64,000 nt of DNA from Candidatus Multivoradales bacterium (GCA_965223855.1 CBDCXM010000009.1:3162006-3226005); one strand, 5' to 3'; positions 25,544 through 39,170 are shown, counted from the stretch's first letter. The notes: generated by a model from the letters alone, not told the origin. Program-made: numbers and translations.

Positions 25544-27058
25544 TCAGGGCACGATTGCCGACCAGGCCGAGGTATCGCCACTCTCGAACCCATCGCTGAA
25601 AATCGGCACACAGTTCGCCGTACAACGCTCGAACGCCCCGATATCGAGCACCCCCTCCACCGGCCGAGCCTCGTCCAGCAGATGCTCCAGATACTGCCGG
25701 TCGAGCGGATGCTCCGGCTGCGTGTCCGGATGGAGCGCCGTCGCCGCGTCGACCGCATTCGACCCGCTCCCCAACCGGTAGTTCTGCGACCCCTCGTCGA
25801 CGAACCCGGGACTCCCCGCCGTCACTCCCGAGCCGTCGTCGTCGATGGTCCCGGTGAGAGAGCCGTGGGAGTCGACCCACCCCGGCTTGGTCCAGTTGTT
25901 CCGCAGCGTCAGGTCGCCGTCGGCGTTCATCATCGCCAGCCGATTCCCTGACGCGGTGACGTAGAGCAGGTTGTTGCGCGCGTCGGCCGACTCGTCGTTG
26001 GTCGACAGCCTCATCAGCGTCGTGTTTCCCGAACGGGTCGAGACGACGGTGTTGTTGTAGAAGTAGAGATCGCCCTTGCGGTAGTTGGCGGGATTGCCGT
26101 TGTCGCCGCCGTAGTGGAGGATCTGGCTGTTGCCGGCGCCGTCGGGTTCGATGAGGATGTTGCCGTAGGCGAAGGTCTCGCGGTAGCTCGGCTCGGCGAT
26201 GACGTTGGCGCTGTCGGCCTCGACCAGGTCGAGCTGGCGGTTGCCGCCCTCGATCCAGTTGTAGCGCACGACGAGCCCGGCCGACCGGTCCTTGAGGTTG
26301 TTGCCGTCGGCGCCGGCCCGCAGCGGGCCGAAGCGGTTGTACTGATAAAGCATGCCGATGCCGGCGGTGTAGGTGTTGTGCTGGAACGCGCTGCCGACGA
26401 TGCCGTTGCCGTGGATCTCGTTGCGTTCGATCCTGACGTCGCGGGTGTCGCCGTCGAAGTCGCCGATGAAGATGCCGTTGCCGGAGTCGTGGATCTCGCA
26501 GTCGCGGATCACGAGGTGTTCCGCCTTCTCGACGTAGATCGAGGCGGCGTTGTCGGCATAGGTCTCGACCCCGCCGGAGTCGTTGGTGAAGGTGTACGGC
26601 GGCCGGCCAGAGCGGATCTCGAGCCCTTCAACCACGATGTGCGCGGGCAGGCCGTCGGGCGGAACGCTCGAGCCGCCGATCTTGATCACCCCTCGCACCT
26701 CGTTCCAGTAGCTGAGCTGCGGCCGGGTGGTGGCGCCGTCGCCGTCGATCACCGGACGCTCGCCGTTGGGGCCCGGGAGGCCGCGGACGACGATCGGCTC
26801 GGCCGCCGTGCCGCGGGCGTTGACGACCCACTTCTCCTTGTAGGGGGCGGCTCGCCAGTGGATGAGCACCCGATCACCGGCGGCGAGCGACTCCCAGGGG
26901 ACGTCGGAGATCGCCGCCAGCGGCTGGCCGGGGCCGACGTTGTAGTCGGTGGCCGCCAGCGGCGCCGCCGGCAGGAGGGCGAGCAGGCAGGCGGCAGTCC
27001 ACCTCCCGGGCGCACGCCCCGTCTGGCACTTCTCCATCCTCGCGAGGCCTCGGAGCAT
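25544..27058 (-). CDS. Secreted right-handed beta-helix protein (putative polysaccharide-degrading enzyme) with C-terminal IFSDGFESGDTSAWS tag
   Basis: IHDSGNGIF and GNNLKDRSAGLVVRYNWIEGG repeats; DIGAFE; terminal tag. Start uncertain (27058 or 27037). Confidence 0.8.
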   Translation of the reverse strand: MLRGLARMEKCQTGRAPGRWTAACLLALLPAAPLAATDYNVGPGQPLAAISDVPWESLAAGDRVLIHWRAAPYKEKWVVNARGTAAEPIVVRGLPGPNGERPVIDGDGATTRPQLSYWNEVRGVIKIGGSSVPPDGLPAHIVVEGLEIRSGRPPYTFTNDSGGVETYADNAASIYVEKAEHLVIRDCEIHDSGNGIFIGDFDGDTRDVRIERNEIHGNGIVGSAFQHNTYTAGIGMLYQYNRFGPLRAGADGNNLKDRSAGLVVRYNWIEGGNRQLDLVEADSANVIAEPSYRETFAYGNILIEPDGAGNSQILHYGGDNGNPANYRKGDLYFYNNTVVSTRSGNTTLMRLSTNDESADARNNLLYVTASGNRLAMMNADGDLTLRNNWTKPGWVDSHGSLTGTIDDDGSGVTAGSPGFVDEGSQNYRLGSGSNAVDAATALHPDTQPEHPLDRQYLEHLLDEARPVEGVLDIGAFERCTANCVPIFSDGFESGDTSAWSAIVP

Positions 27059-27134
27059 GCCCAGACGGTAGCGAGGCCGCCCGGTCGGCGCTGTGAAGCC
27101 TGTAGCTCGCCGGCTGCGGTGCCCCGAGGGCGCT

Positions 27135-27593
27135 TCAGTCGTCGAGCAGTTCGAGGATCGCCTGCGCCTCTTCGAGGGCGGCACCGATCCCTTCGCGCAG
27201 GCGCTCGGCCTCGCCGTCGTCGACCGGCTCGGCGGCGTCTTCCTCCTCGGCGGCGTCCTCCGACGCCTTCGCGGCGGTCTTCTTCACCGCTTTCTTCGCC
27301 GCCTTCTTCGCCGGCTTCGCGCTCTTCTCAGGCGCCGCCTTCGGGCCGCCGTCGGCGATCTCGCTGTCGAGCTTCTTCTTCGCTCCGGCGATCGTAAACC
27401 CTTCTTCGTAAAGGAGTTCCTTGATCCTGCGGATGAGCTGGAAGTCGTCCTCGCCGTAGACTCGCTGGCCGGACTTGCTCTTGCTGGGACTGAGGACCGA
27501 GAACTCGGTCTCCCAGTAGCGCAGCACGTACGGCTGGATGTCGAGGATCTTGCAGGCCTCGCCGATCTTGTAGTAGAGCTTTTCCTTGGCCAC
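27135..27593 (-). CDS. MerR-family transcriptional regulator
   Basis: KLYYKIGEACKILDIQPYVLRYWETEF...IKELLYEEGFTIAGAKK. Confidence 0.92.
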   Translation of the reverse strand: MAKEKLYYKIGEACKILDIQPYVLRYWETEFSVLSPSKSKSGQRVYGEDDFQLIRRIKELLYEEGFTIAGAKKKLDSEIADGGPKAAPEKSAKPAKKAAKKAVKKTAAKASEDAAEEEDAAEPVDDGEAERLREGIGAALEEAQAILELLDD

Positions 27594-27646
27594 TGGCTAC
27601 AGCCTCCCGTGCCGTCGGTCCCGCCGTCGACGCGGTTGCGTGGGGT

Positions 27647-28060
27647 TCAGTTGTCGGAACCGCCGGGCTTGAAGACCGCTTCCTTCAGCCGGTGGGCCGG
27701 GCGGAAGCTCAAGCCGTTGCGGGGAGGGATGAAGATGCGCTCGCCGCTCGAGGGATCGACTCCCATGCGTCCCTGGCGGGGGACGACTTCGAAGACGCCG
27801 AAGTTCTGGATCTTCACCGCCTGCCCATCGAGCAGGCTCGACTTCATGGTCTGAAAGATCGAATCGACGACCTCGGCGGCCTCCGCCTTGGTGATGCCGC
27901 CGTGGCTTCGATAGACCAGCTCCACGAGGTCGGCCTTGGTGCGGCTGGCGGCGGTGCGCTCGACCTGAGAGGCCGCGCTCGAGCCGGCTGCCTTGTTGGC
28001 TCGGGCCCCCTTGGCCTGGGCGCCCTTACCCTTGCCGCCCGCCTTCCCGGCGTCCGCCAT
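27647..28060 (-). CDS. HU/IHF-family DNA-binding protein (IHF alpha-like)
   Basis: TKADLVELVY...VKIQNFGVFEV...RMGVDPSSGERIFIPPR...FRP; sits next to merR as in ihfA-merR clusters. Confidence 0.88.
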   Translation of the reverse strand: MADAGKAGGKGKGAQAKGARANKAAGSSAASQVERTAASRTKADLVELVYRSHGGITKAEAAEVVDSIFQTMKSSLLDGQAVKIQNFGVFEVVPRQGRMGVDPSSGERIFIPPRNGLSFRPAHRLKEAVFKPGGSDN

Positions 28061-28180
28061 CTCTACCTGTCGTCTCCCGACTGCGGGCTTCCCGCAGGCT
28101 CCTCACGCACCGTTCGCGCCCCCCGGCTGATGCGATCTCTCTCTCGAACCCTCACAAATCACCTCAGAAGTAACGCTTGA

Positions 28181-28209
28181 AGTATAGGGATCGGCGGGTG
28201 CCCTTTCAA
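28181..28209 (-). promoter_or_regulatory. sigma70 promoter for ihf-merR
   Basis: TTGAAA-17-TATACT on the minus strand. Confidence 0.65.
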
Positions 28210-28232
28210 GCTCCCCGACCTTCCTTCTGGCA

Positions 28233-29541
28233 TCAGGTCCGGCGGCGAATGACCAGCCGCACGGGAACCCCCTGGAGACCCAGAGCCTCGCGAATCCCGT
28301 TCTCCAGATAGCGCCGGTAGCTGCTCGAACGCGGAAGCGTGCGGTTGGCGAACAGCATGAAGGTCGGGGGGCGCGAGGTGACCTGCGTGGCGTAGTAGAA
28401 CTTCCACGGCCTCCCCTGCTCGGACGGCGGGCGGTGGCGGGAGAGCAGGCGGTGGAAAAGGTCGTTGACCTCCGAAGTGCCCAGCGTCGTCTCGAGCATG
28501 CCGAGCGCCCCCTCGACCGCCGGCATCAGCTTCTCGACGCCGCGGCCGCTGGCGGCGGAGGTGTTGACCCGCCTGGGCGTCGCCAGCAGGCCGTCGAGGC
28601 GTGGCCAGGAGCCGTCCAGATGCTCGCGGCTCTCCTCATCGAGCAGATCCCACTTGTTGACGGCGACCACCGCCACCCGGCCCAGCTCCCAGATCGCGCC
28701 GGCGATCGCCAGATCTCCCGAGGTGACGCCAGCGGTCGCGTCGATGACGAGGATCGCCAGATCGGCCGCCTCCACCTGGCGACGCGCCATCATCACCGCC
28801 AGCTCCTCGGGGGTGTCCTCGACCTTGCTGCGGCGGCGGATGCCGGCGGTATCGACCAGCACGTAGGGCCGTCCCTCGTACTCGAGCGTCGTGTCGACCG
28901 GATCGCGGGTGGTCCCGGGGCGGTCGGCGACCAGCGAGCGCTCCTTCCCGACCAGGCGGTTGAGGAGCGACGACTTGCCGACGTTCGGCCGCCCGACGAT
29001 CGCCAGCCGTGGAGCGTCGGGGGCGAGGTCGGGGTCGCTCTCACCGACGTGCCCGTCGAGCGCCTCGAGCAGGTCGGGGATACCGAGGCCGTGCTCCGCC
29101 GAGACCAGCACCCCCTCGCCCAGCCCGAGACGGGCGAACTCGTGCACGTTCTCCTGCGCCAGCTTGGTGTCTCCCTTGTTGACGGCGAGGACGGTCCGGC
29201 TTGCCGCGCGGGCGCAGCTCCTGCCAGACCCGCTCGTCGGCGGCCGTCAGCCCTTCCTTGCCGTCGACCACCAGCACCAAAACGTCGCTCTCCTCCACCG
29301 CCAGCTCGACCTGCCGGTTGAGGCCGATCGGGTCGTCGCCCGGCACGAGCCCACCAGTGTCGATCAGGTGGGCATGGCGGCCGGCGCCGACGGAGAGGGT
29401 CCCGGTGACCCGGTCGCGGGTCACACCCGGCTTGTCGTGGACGATCGCCTGCCGCCGTCCGACGAGGCGGTTGAAGAGCGTCGACTTGCCGACGTTCGGC
29501 CGGCCGACGATGGCGATCGTCGGTCTCGCGCCGCCGGTCAC
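28233..29541 (-). CDS. der: Ribosome biogenesis GTPase Der (apparent frameshift near 29197)
   Basis: Two GRPNVGKS P-loops, DTGG/DTAG and NKxD motifs, split across two frames at ...GGCAAGCCGGACCGTCCTC... Confidence 0.9.
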
Positions 29542-30006
29542 TGCTCGAGGATGGTGCGAAAGAGCACCCGCCAGCCGTCGCCGTCGCGCTTGAGCTGGTA
29601 CTTGACCCGGTAGCTCTTCTCGACGTCCTCCGCCAGCAGGCCGTCGCTGCCGAGCGCATGCATTCGGACGTTCCACACCTCGTGGGTCGTGACGTAGGCG
29701 TTGGTGCTGTGCCAGAGCGTGGCTGTCCTCGACCTCGACCTGCAGGAACTCGGGCGCGAGGTATCGGCCCTGGTCGGCGAGCTCGGAGATCAGCATCTGG
29801 ATGCGCGCCAGCTCTTTCTCGGCAGCGTAGGGGCGCAGCGGCTCGAGATCGCCACTCTGATACGCCACCGCCAGCAGCGGCAGGAACTGCGCCAGCGAGG
29901 CCTCGATCGACGCCTCGTCGATCGCCACGGTCTCTGCGCTCGGCTCACAGGCCGGCACGGAAAGGGCGATCAACGGCGCCAGCAGGAGAGTTGCGGCTCT
30001 CGACAC
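29538..30006 (-). CDS. Hypothetical lipoprotein (apparent frameshift near 29720)
   Basis: N-part [20 protein letters not shown]; C-part in another frame, [17 protein letters not shown]...[13 protein letters not shown], ending in a GTGA overlap with der. Confidence 0.6.
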
Positions 30007-32328
30007 CGCGAGAGTCTACCCCAGCCGCTCGAAGCGCCCCTGTCGAGCCTCAGCGGCGGCGTCTTCCGCGTCCCCGGCCCGGCTTGGCGACCGGACTGGC
30101 GCCCCGATTGGCGCCCCGGCTGGCGACGCTCCCGGCCTCGCCGATCGCCGCTGCCGGAGCGGCCGTCGTCGTCGCCGGGCAGACCGAGATCGATCCGCCG
30201 GCGCAGGGTATCGACGGCGACGATCCGCACCTGTACCCGGTCGCCGAGGCGATAGCTCTGGCCGCTGCGGCGGCCCACCAGTCGATGCTCGGCCGGCTCG
30301 TACTCGAAGAAGTCGCTCTCCATGTCTCGCACCGCCATCAGCCCGTCGACGAACGACTCTTCGAGCTCGACGAAGAGGCCGAACGGCTCGACCCCCGTGA
30401 TCCGCCCCCAGGCGAGTTCGCCGACCTGCTCCGCCACCAGGCGCACCAGCCGCCACCTTCGCAGCTCGCGCTCCGCCCGCTCGGCGCGACGTTCCATCTC
30501 GGAGCAGTGGCCGGCGATCGCCTCGAGGCGCGCCGTCTCTTCCCTGTCGTCGGCGCCGGAGGCGCCGTGGCGCAGCTTGCGGTGGACGACGAGGTCCGGG
30601 TAGCGGCGAATCGGCGACGTGAAGTGGGTGTAGTGGCGCTCGGCCAGCGCGTAGTGCCCGAGGTTCTCCTCGCTGTAGCGGGCGCGCTGCATCGAGCGCA
30701 GGACGAGCGCGGAGACGAACGGCTCTTCCGGCTTCCCCGCGAAGGCGGCCAGCGCCTCCTGAAGTGCCGACGGATGGAGCCCTTCGAGGCGCGCCGGCAG
30801 CTCGTGGCCGAGGGTCTGGAGGATCTCGCGCAGCTCTACCAGCCGCTCGAGGCTCGGAGCGTCGTGTACCCGGTAGAGCGCTCCCTCTCCTCTGCCGGCG
30901 AGTTCGCGCGCCACCGCCTCGTTGGCCGCCAGCATGAACTCCTCGATCAGCCGGTGGGCGAAGGTCCGCTCGGTCGCGGCAACCGCCACCGGCGCCCCCT
31001 CGTCGTCGAGCTCGATACTGCCGGCGGGAAGGTCGAAGTCGATCGAGCCCCGCTCGGCGCGGGCGCGCATCAACCGTTCGGCGAGTTCGGAGGCGACCTC
31101 GAGCATCGGCCACACCTCGCCGTACTCCGACCGCCGCTCACGGTAGGCGTCGTCGAGGAGCGCCGCCACCTCGAGGTAGGTCAGCCTGCGACGGCTCTCG
31201 ATCACCGCGTCGAAGAACTCGCTGCGAACCACCTTGGCGTCGCCGATCGAAGGTCAGCGTCGTCGCCTGGACGAGCCGCGGAACGTCGGGGCGCAGCGAA
31301 CACAGCCCGTTCGACAGCGCCTCCGGCAACATCGGCAGCACCTTGTCGGCGAAGTAGACGCTGGTGCCGCGCCGGTAGGCCTCGAGGTCGAGCGCCGAAC
31401 CGGGCGTGACGTAGTGCGAGACGTCGGCGATGTAGACCGTCAGCGCGTAGCCGCGGTCGGTCTTCTCGACGTGGATCGCGTCGTCGAAGTCGCGCGCGGT
31501 CGCGCCGTCGATCGTCACCACGACCCGGTCGCGATGGTCGCGGCGCCCCTTCCAGTCGGCGGGGTCGGGATCTTCGGGCAGTGAGCCGGCGGATTGCTCG
31601 ACTTCAGGGGGAAACGCGGCGGTCAGACCGAAGTGCCGCTCGACCACCTCGGTATCGACTCCGGCGGTGTCGAGGGTGCCGAGGACGCGCGACACCTTGC
31701 TGCGCAACGGTCCATGGTGGGGGGAGCCGTCGTGGTCGATCTCGACCTCCACGTAGTGGTCGGGCCCGGGGACGTCGCCGACCACCTCGACCTCGGCTCG
31801 CAGCCGGGGATCGAACGGCTGCAGGAAGGCGCGGCCGTCGCGCCTCTCGATCGTCCCGACGAGACTGTCGAACGCCCGCCGCAGCACCCGCACGACGCTC
31901 GCCTCCGGCAGACGGCCGCGAGACGACGGGGCGCCGGAGCGGCGACGACCGCGACGCTGCGGCCCACCGAGCGGCTTCGTGACGACGCGATCGCCGTCGC
32001 GAGCGCCGTTGCGGTAGCGGCGGGGGACGAAGTAGCCCGCCTCACCGCCGGCGCCGGAACGCAGCAAGGCGTCGCCGCCGTCGAGCGCCTGGAGACGGCC
32101 GACCACCCAGTCGGTGGAGGCGAGGGCGTACCAGCGGCGGTTCCACTCGACGATCGTGCCGTCGGCCGCCAGTCGCCGCAGCAGCGGCTGGTAGGCCCCT
32201 TCGAAACCGGCTTCGGTCGCCAGATCGGCGATCTGCGCGACGGACAGCCCGCGCCGCCCCGCCTGCTCGACCTTGCGCTCGATCGCCGCCTCCAGGGCGC
32301 CGAGTTCGCCCGCCTTCTCGATTGACAC
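29970..32328 (-). CDS. rnr: Ribonuclease R (apparent frameshift near 31245)
   Basis: [48 protein letters not shown] and an S1 domain, split over two ORFs. Confidence 0.9.
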
Positions 32329-32350
32329 CCTTCCGGCCTCTACCTACAAT
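32322..32350 (+). promoter_or_regulatory. Near-consensus sigma70 promoter for tRNA-Leu-rex
   Basis: TTGACA-17-TACAAT. Confidence 0.8.
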
Positions 32351-32359
32351 GCCGTCCGC

Positions 32360-32447
32360 GCGAAAGTGGCGGAATTGGTAGACGCGCAAGATTCAGGATC
32401 TTGTGACCGATAAGGTCGTGGGGGTTCGAGTCCCCCCTTTCGCACCA
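32360..32447 (+). tRNA. tRNA-Leu(CAG)
   Basis: GCGAAAGTGGCGGAATTGGTAGACGCGCAAGATTCAGGATCTTG...GGTTCGAGTCCCCCCTTTCGCACCA; long variable arm. Confidence 0.97.
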
Positions 32448-32513
32448 GTTATCCCAGGCTGATTCAGGCCGCTCCCCCTCTCCGACCGGCTCCACCTGCA
32501 ACCCAGAGGTCCG

Positions 32514-33143
32514 ATGGACGTCTCGCCGCTGACACTCAACCGGCTGTCGGTCTACCTGCGGTGCCTCAAGAGGGTCGCCGACGACGGCGTGGAGCGCATC
32601 TCGTCGAAGCAGATGGCGAAGAGCTTCCACCTCTCCGCCTCGCAGATCCGCAAGGACCTCGCCCACTTCGGAGAGTTCGGGATCCGCGGTGTCGGCTACG
32701 AGGTGCAGCCGCTGATCGATCGTCTGACGGACGTGCTCGGTCTCGATCGCGTTCATGGGCTCGGGGTGGTCGGCATGGGGAATCTCGGCAGTGCGATCGC
32801 CCGGCATCTCGGCTTCAACCAGGGGCCGTTCCGGGTGGTCGCGGGCTTCGACAACGACCCGGCCAAGATCGGCTGCGAGATCGGCGGGCTCGTCGTCGAG
32901 CCGACCGAGGCGATCGCCGAGGTCGTCGCCGAGCGTAGCATCGAGATCGGCATCCTGGCGGTGCCTGCTCCGGCCGCGCAGGAGCTGTTCGAGGCGCTCG
33001 CCGACGCCGGCGTGCGCTCGGTGCTGAACTTCGCACCGACCCGCCTCCAGAAGCGCGCGGGGGTGAAGAACCGCAACGTCGATCTGGGGATCTACCTCGA
33101 GGAGCTGGTCTTCTACCTCGCCGGCTCCGAAGCGACGCCGTAG
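32514..33143 (+). CDS. rex: Redox-sensing transcriptional repressor Rex
   Basis: RLSVYLRCL, QIRKDLAHFGEFGIRGVGY, GMGNLG and LNFAP motifs. Confidence 0.95.
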   Translation: MDVSPLTLNRLSVYLRCLKRVADDGVERISSKQMAKSFHLSASQIRKDLAHFGEFGIRGVGYEVQPLIDRLTDVLGLDRVHGLGVVGMGNLGSAIARHLGFNQGPFRVVAGFDNDPAKIGCEIGGLVVEPTEAIAEVVAERSIEIGILAVPAPAAQELFEALADAGVRSVLNFAPTRLQKRAGVKNRNVDLGIYLEELVFYLAGSEATP

Positions 33144-33688
33144 AAACCGAGCTCGGTCTCGCCGTAGGACCGCAGGCGATCGAGTCGCAGGTCGCCGGCC
33201 GCTTCCGGCAGGTCGCCGCGACGGTCGTGTTCGGCAACCAGGGCGCCGCCGGGCGCCAGAAGAGGCGCCGCCAGCGTGAGCAGACGACTCCAGCCGTCGA
33301 AGGCGTAAGGGGGATCGGCGAAGACGAGGTCGAATGCGGAGTCTTGCAGGCGCTCGAGCGCGGCCGGGAGGCGCGCCTCGCGGACCGTCACCTCGCTGAG
33401 CCCCCACTCGCGGACCTGGCGGCGCAGTCCGCGCGCGATCGAGCGTTCGGACTCCACCAGCACCACCGCCGCCGCCCCGCGACTCACCGCTTCGATGCCG
33501 ACCGCTCCCGAGCCTGCATAGAGGTCGAGCAGCCGCATCCCCCGGACCGACGGCCCGAGGATGTCGAACAGCGCCTCGCGCACCCGGCTGCCCGTCGGTC
33601 GCACCCCTTTCGGCACCGGCAACGAGCGGCCGCGAAGGGTGCCGGCGCCGATCCGCACCGAGCCGCGCCTGCCGGTGACCGGGCTCAC
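33113..33688 (-). CDS. rsmD: 16S rRNA (guanine966-N2)-methyltransferase
   Basis: RPTGSRVREALF, LDLYAGSGAVGIEAVSRGA and FADPPY motifs. Confidence 0.92.
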   Translation of the reverse strand: MSPVTGRRGSVRIGAGTLRGRSLPVPKGVRPTGSRVREALFDILGPSVRGMRLLDLYAGSGAVGIEAVSRGAAAVVLVESERSIARGLRRQVREWGLSEVTVREARLPAALERLQDSAFDLVFADPPYAFDGWSRLLTLAAPLLAPGGALVAEHDRRGDLPEAAGDLRLDRLRSYGETELGFYGVASEPAR

Positions 33689-34365
33689 TCGCCTCCCTCC
33701 CCCTCGACTTCGAGGAACTCCTCGTGCAGAACCTCGAGGGCGAAGTAGATCGTCACAGGCTGATCGATCCCTTCGAGCTCGATGCCGAGGCCGTCGCTCG
33801 TCAGGCCGCGCACCCGGTAGCGGGTGCCGTCGCGGCGCACCAGCACCTGGTCGCGTTGCGGCACGAAGCCGGGCCGCAGGCCCGAAACCCGTGCAGCCGT
33901 GCGCACCACCAGCAGGATCTCCTCGGCGATCGTCACGACTCGCGAAAGGGCGAGGCTTTTCGGAGCGAGATTGCCGTAGCGGACCTCGCCCTGCGGGCCG
34001 TCAGGAATGTCGACGGCGAGGCGGCACGACTCGGTCCATTCTCCGCCGAGCGAGCCGAGCGGCGAAACGCTCTCGCCGAGCGACTCCGCCTGGAGCCGCC
34101 GCACGTAGGCGTCTTTCGCGTCCGGGTCGAGCTCGGAAAGGTGCATCCGCTCGCTTCCGACCTCCCCTTCGCGCAGCCGGCAGGTGCCGTTGGAGAACAG
34201 GGTGAGGTCGGTGCGCAGGTTGCCGGTGACGCAGTCGAGGCGCAGCAGCTCGTGAGAGCGGGGGTCATGGATCGGTTCGGCAGCGAAGGCAGGCGCTGAT
34301 GCCAGACCTGCAGCCAGGACGGTTGCCAGACCGGCCCCGAGAATCCGGACGACCGAGACCCTCAA
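33685..34365 (-). CDS. Hypothetical secreted protein
   Basis: TTG start overlapping the upstream stop; signal peptide ending APAFA. Confidence 0.6.
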   Translation of the reverse strand: MRVSVVRILGAGLATVLAAGLASAPAFAAEPIHDPRSHELLRLDCVTGNLRTDLTLFSNGTCRLREGEVGSERMHLSELDPDAKDAYVRRLQAESLGESVSPLGSLGGEWTESCRLAVDIPDGPQGEVRYGNLAPKSLALSRVVTIAEEILLVVRTAARVSGLRPGFVPQRDQVLVRRDGTRYRVRGLTSDGLGIELEGIDQPVTIYFALEVLHEEFLEVEGEGGE

Positions 34366-35576
34366 GAGCGCTCCTCCAGCAGGGAGAGGGCATGTTCGAG
34401 CTCCTGCTCGGCCGAAATGGCGCCGTCGATCCGGGCGCGCAGGGTATCCGCCAGCACCCGGCCGAGCGCCTCTCCCTCGTCGGCGCCCGCCGCCCGCAGA
34501 TGGCGACCTGAGATCGACAGCCTGACCGGCGCGACCTCGCGCCGCCAGGTCTGCACCAGCTCTCGTGACGGCGCCGAGCCGAGCGCCTCGATCAGCAGCA
34601 GCTCCTCCTCGTCGAAGGGGGCGAGCGCAGCGTCGAGCGCGCTCCGGGGTCCGGCGAGCCGGGCGGGAGCGTCCTCCTCGAGCGCGGCCAGTCGCGCCGG
34701 GAAGGTCGCCCACCGCTCGACGATCGGCGGTGCGAGATCGAGCCGCCTCGCCAGCGCCCGCGCCTCGTCTCCCGACCGGCAGCGGGCCCGCAGGTGGGTG
34801 AGGGGCTCCTCGAACGGTCGGGAAACGGCGCCGGGTTCGGCACCCTCCTCAGGAGACGCCTCGGTCAGACCGAGCGACCTAGCCGTCTCGAGCTTCGCCT
34901 CCGGCTGCTCGGCGAGTGCCCGCCGCCAGGCGGCCCGCAGCCGGGTGCCGCTCAGGGTGTCGAGCGCCCCCTCGCGGCCGGCCTCGAGCGCGAGCTCTCG
35001 CGTCTCCGGCTCGAGCTCGAATCCGAGACGCACGGCGAGATCGATCACCCGCAACAGGCGGGTCGGGTCGTCGAGGAACGAGTCGCCGTGGAGCACGCGC
35101 AGGCGGCGCGCGGCAAGGTCCCCCTGCCCGCCGGTCGGGTCGATCACGTCACCCGCCGACGGCGCGATCGGTGCCGCCATGGCGTTGATCGTCACGTCGC
35201 GGCGCCGAAGATCCTCGTCGAGCGTCCCGGGCTCCACCCGGGGCAGCTCGCCCGGCCGCTCGTAGCGCTCGCGTCGCGCGGTGGCGAGGTCGATCGCCAC
35301 GCCACCGGGGCCTTCGAGCTTGAAGGTGCCGAAGGGAGTCGATTCGAGCTGCGAGCCGAACTCCTCCGCCATGCGCGTCGCCAGCAGCTCGACCTCCCCC
35401 CGGGCCACGAGATCGAGGTCGCGAGTCGGCCGTCCGAGCAGGACGTCGCGGACGACGCCGCCGACGACCCACACCGCCGTTTCCTCCTCGCCGGCGAGGC
35501 GGCATGTAACGTCGATCACCCTCCGGACCTCGGCGGGCAGCACCCGCTCGGCACGCTCCTCGAACGATTCGCTCAC
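34362..35576 (-). CDS. CCA-adding enzyme / poly(A) polymerase family nucleotidyltransferase
   Basis: VGGVVRD...DLDL, DLRRRDVTINAMA and SFLDDPTRLLR motifs. Confidence 0.9.
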   Translation of the reverse strand: MSESFEERAERVLPAEVRRVIDVTCRLAGEEETAVWVVGGVVRDVLLGRPTRDLDLVARGEVELLATRMAEEFGSQLESTPFGTFKLEGPGGVAIDLATARRERYERPGELPRVEPGTLDEDLRRRDVTINAMAAPIAPSAGDVIDPTGGQGDLAARRLRVLHGDSFLDDPTRLLRVIDLAVRLGFELEPETRELALEAGREGALDTLSGTRLRAAWRRALAEQPEAKLETARSLGLTEASPEEGAEPGAVSRPFEEPLTHLRARCRSGDEARALARRLDLAPPIVERWATFPARLAALEEDAPARLAGPRSALDAALAPFDEEELLLIEALGSAPSRELVQTWRREVAPVRLSISGRHLRAAGADEGEALGRVLADTLRARIDGAISAEQELEHALSLLEERS

Positions 35577-35632
35577 GGGGTCCGACCGCCTACCTTCATG
35601 GGCTCGCCGTCCGCCGGTCGAGTCGGGGCCCG

Positions 35633-39100
<3,468 letters not shown>

Positions 39101-39170
39101 CGACGGGCGGTCAGAGTATCAGAGCGCCGCTCCCCTCCCAGGAGCCCCGAGCCACGCCGCCGGGGTGGCT

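Noticed and set aside
25480-25545. GGGCAAACC as the start of a c-di-GMP-I riboswitch
   Set aside because: It lacks the GNRA-capped P2 and the GACGCAAAGC continuation; better explained as the tRNA-Pro -35 region.
28233-29541. der as a true pseudogene or programmed frameshift
   Set aside because: No slippery site, the gene is normally essential, and neighbouring genes show the same single-base error pattern.
30080-30128. 12-bp imperfect tandem repeat
   Set aside because: It encodes the low-complexity basic tail of RNase R ([16 protein letters not shown]), which is ordinary.
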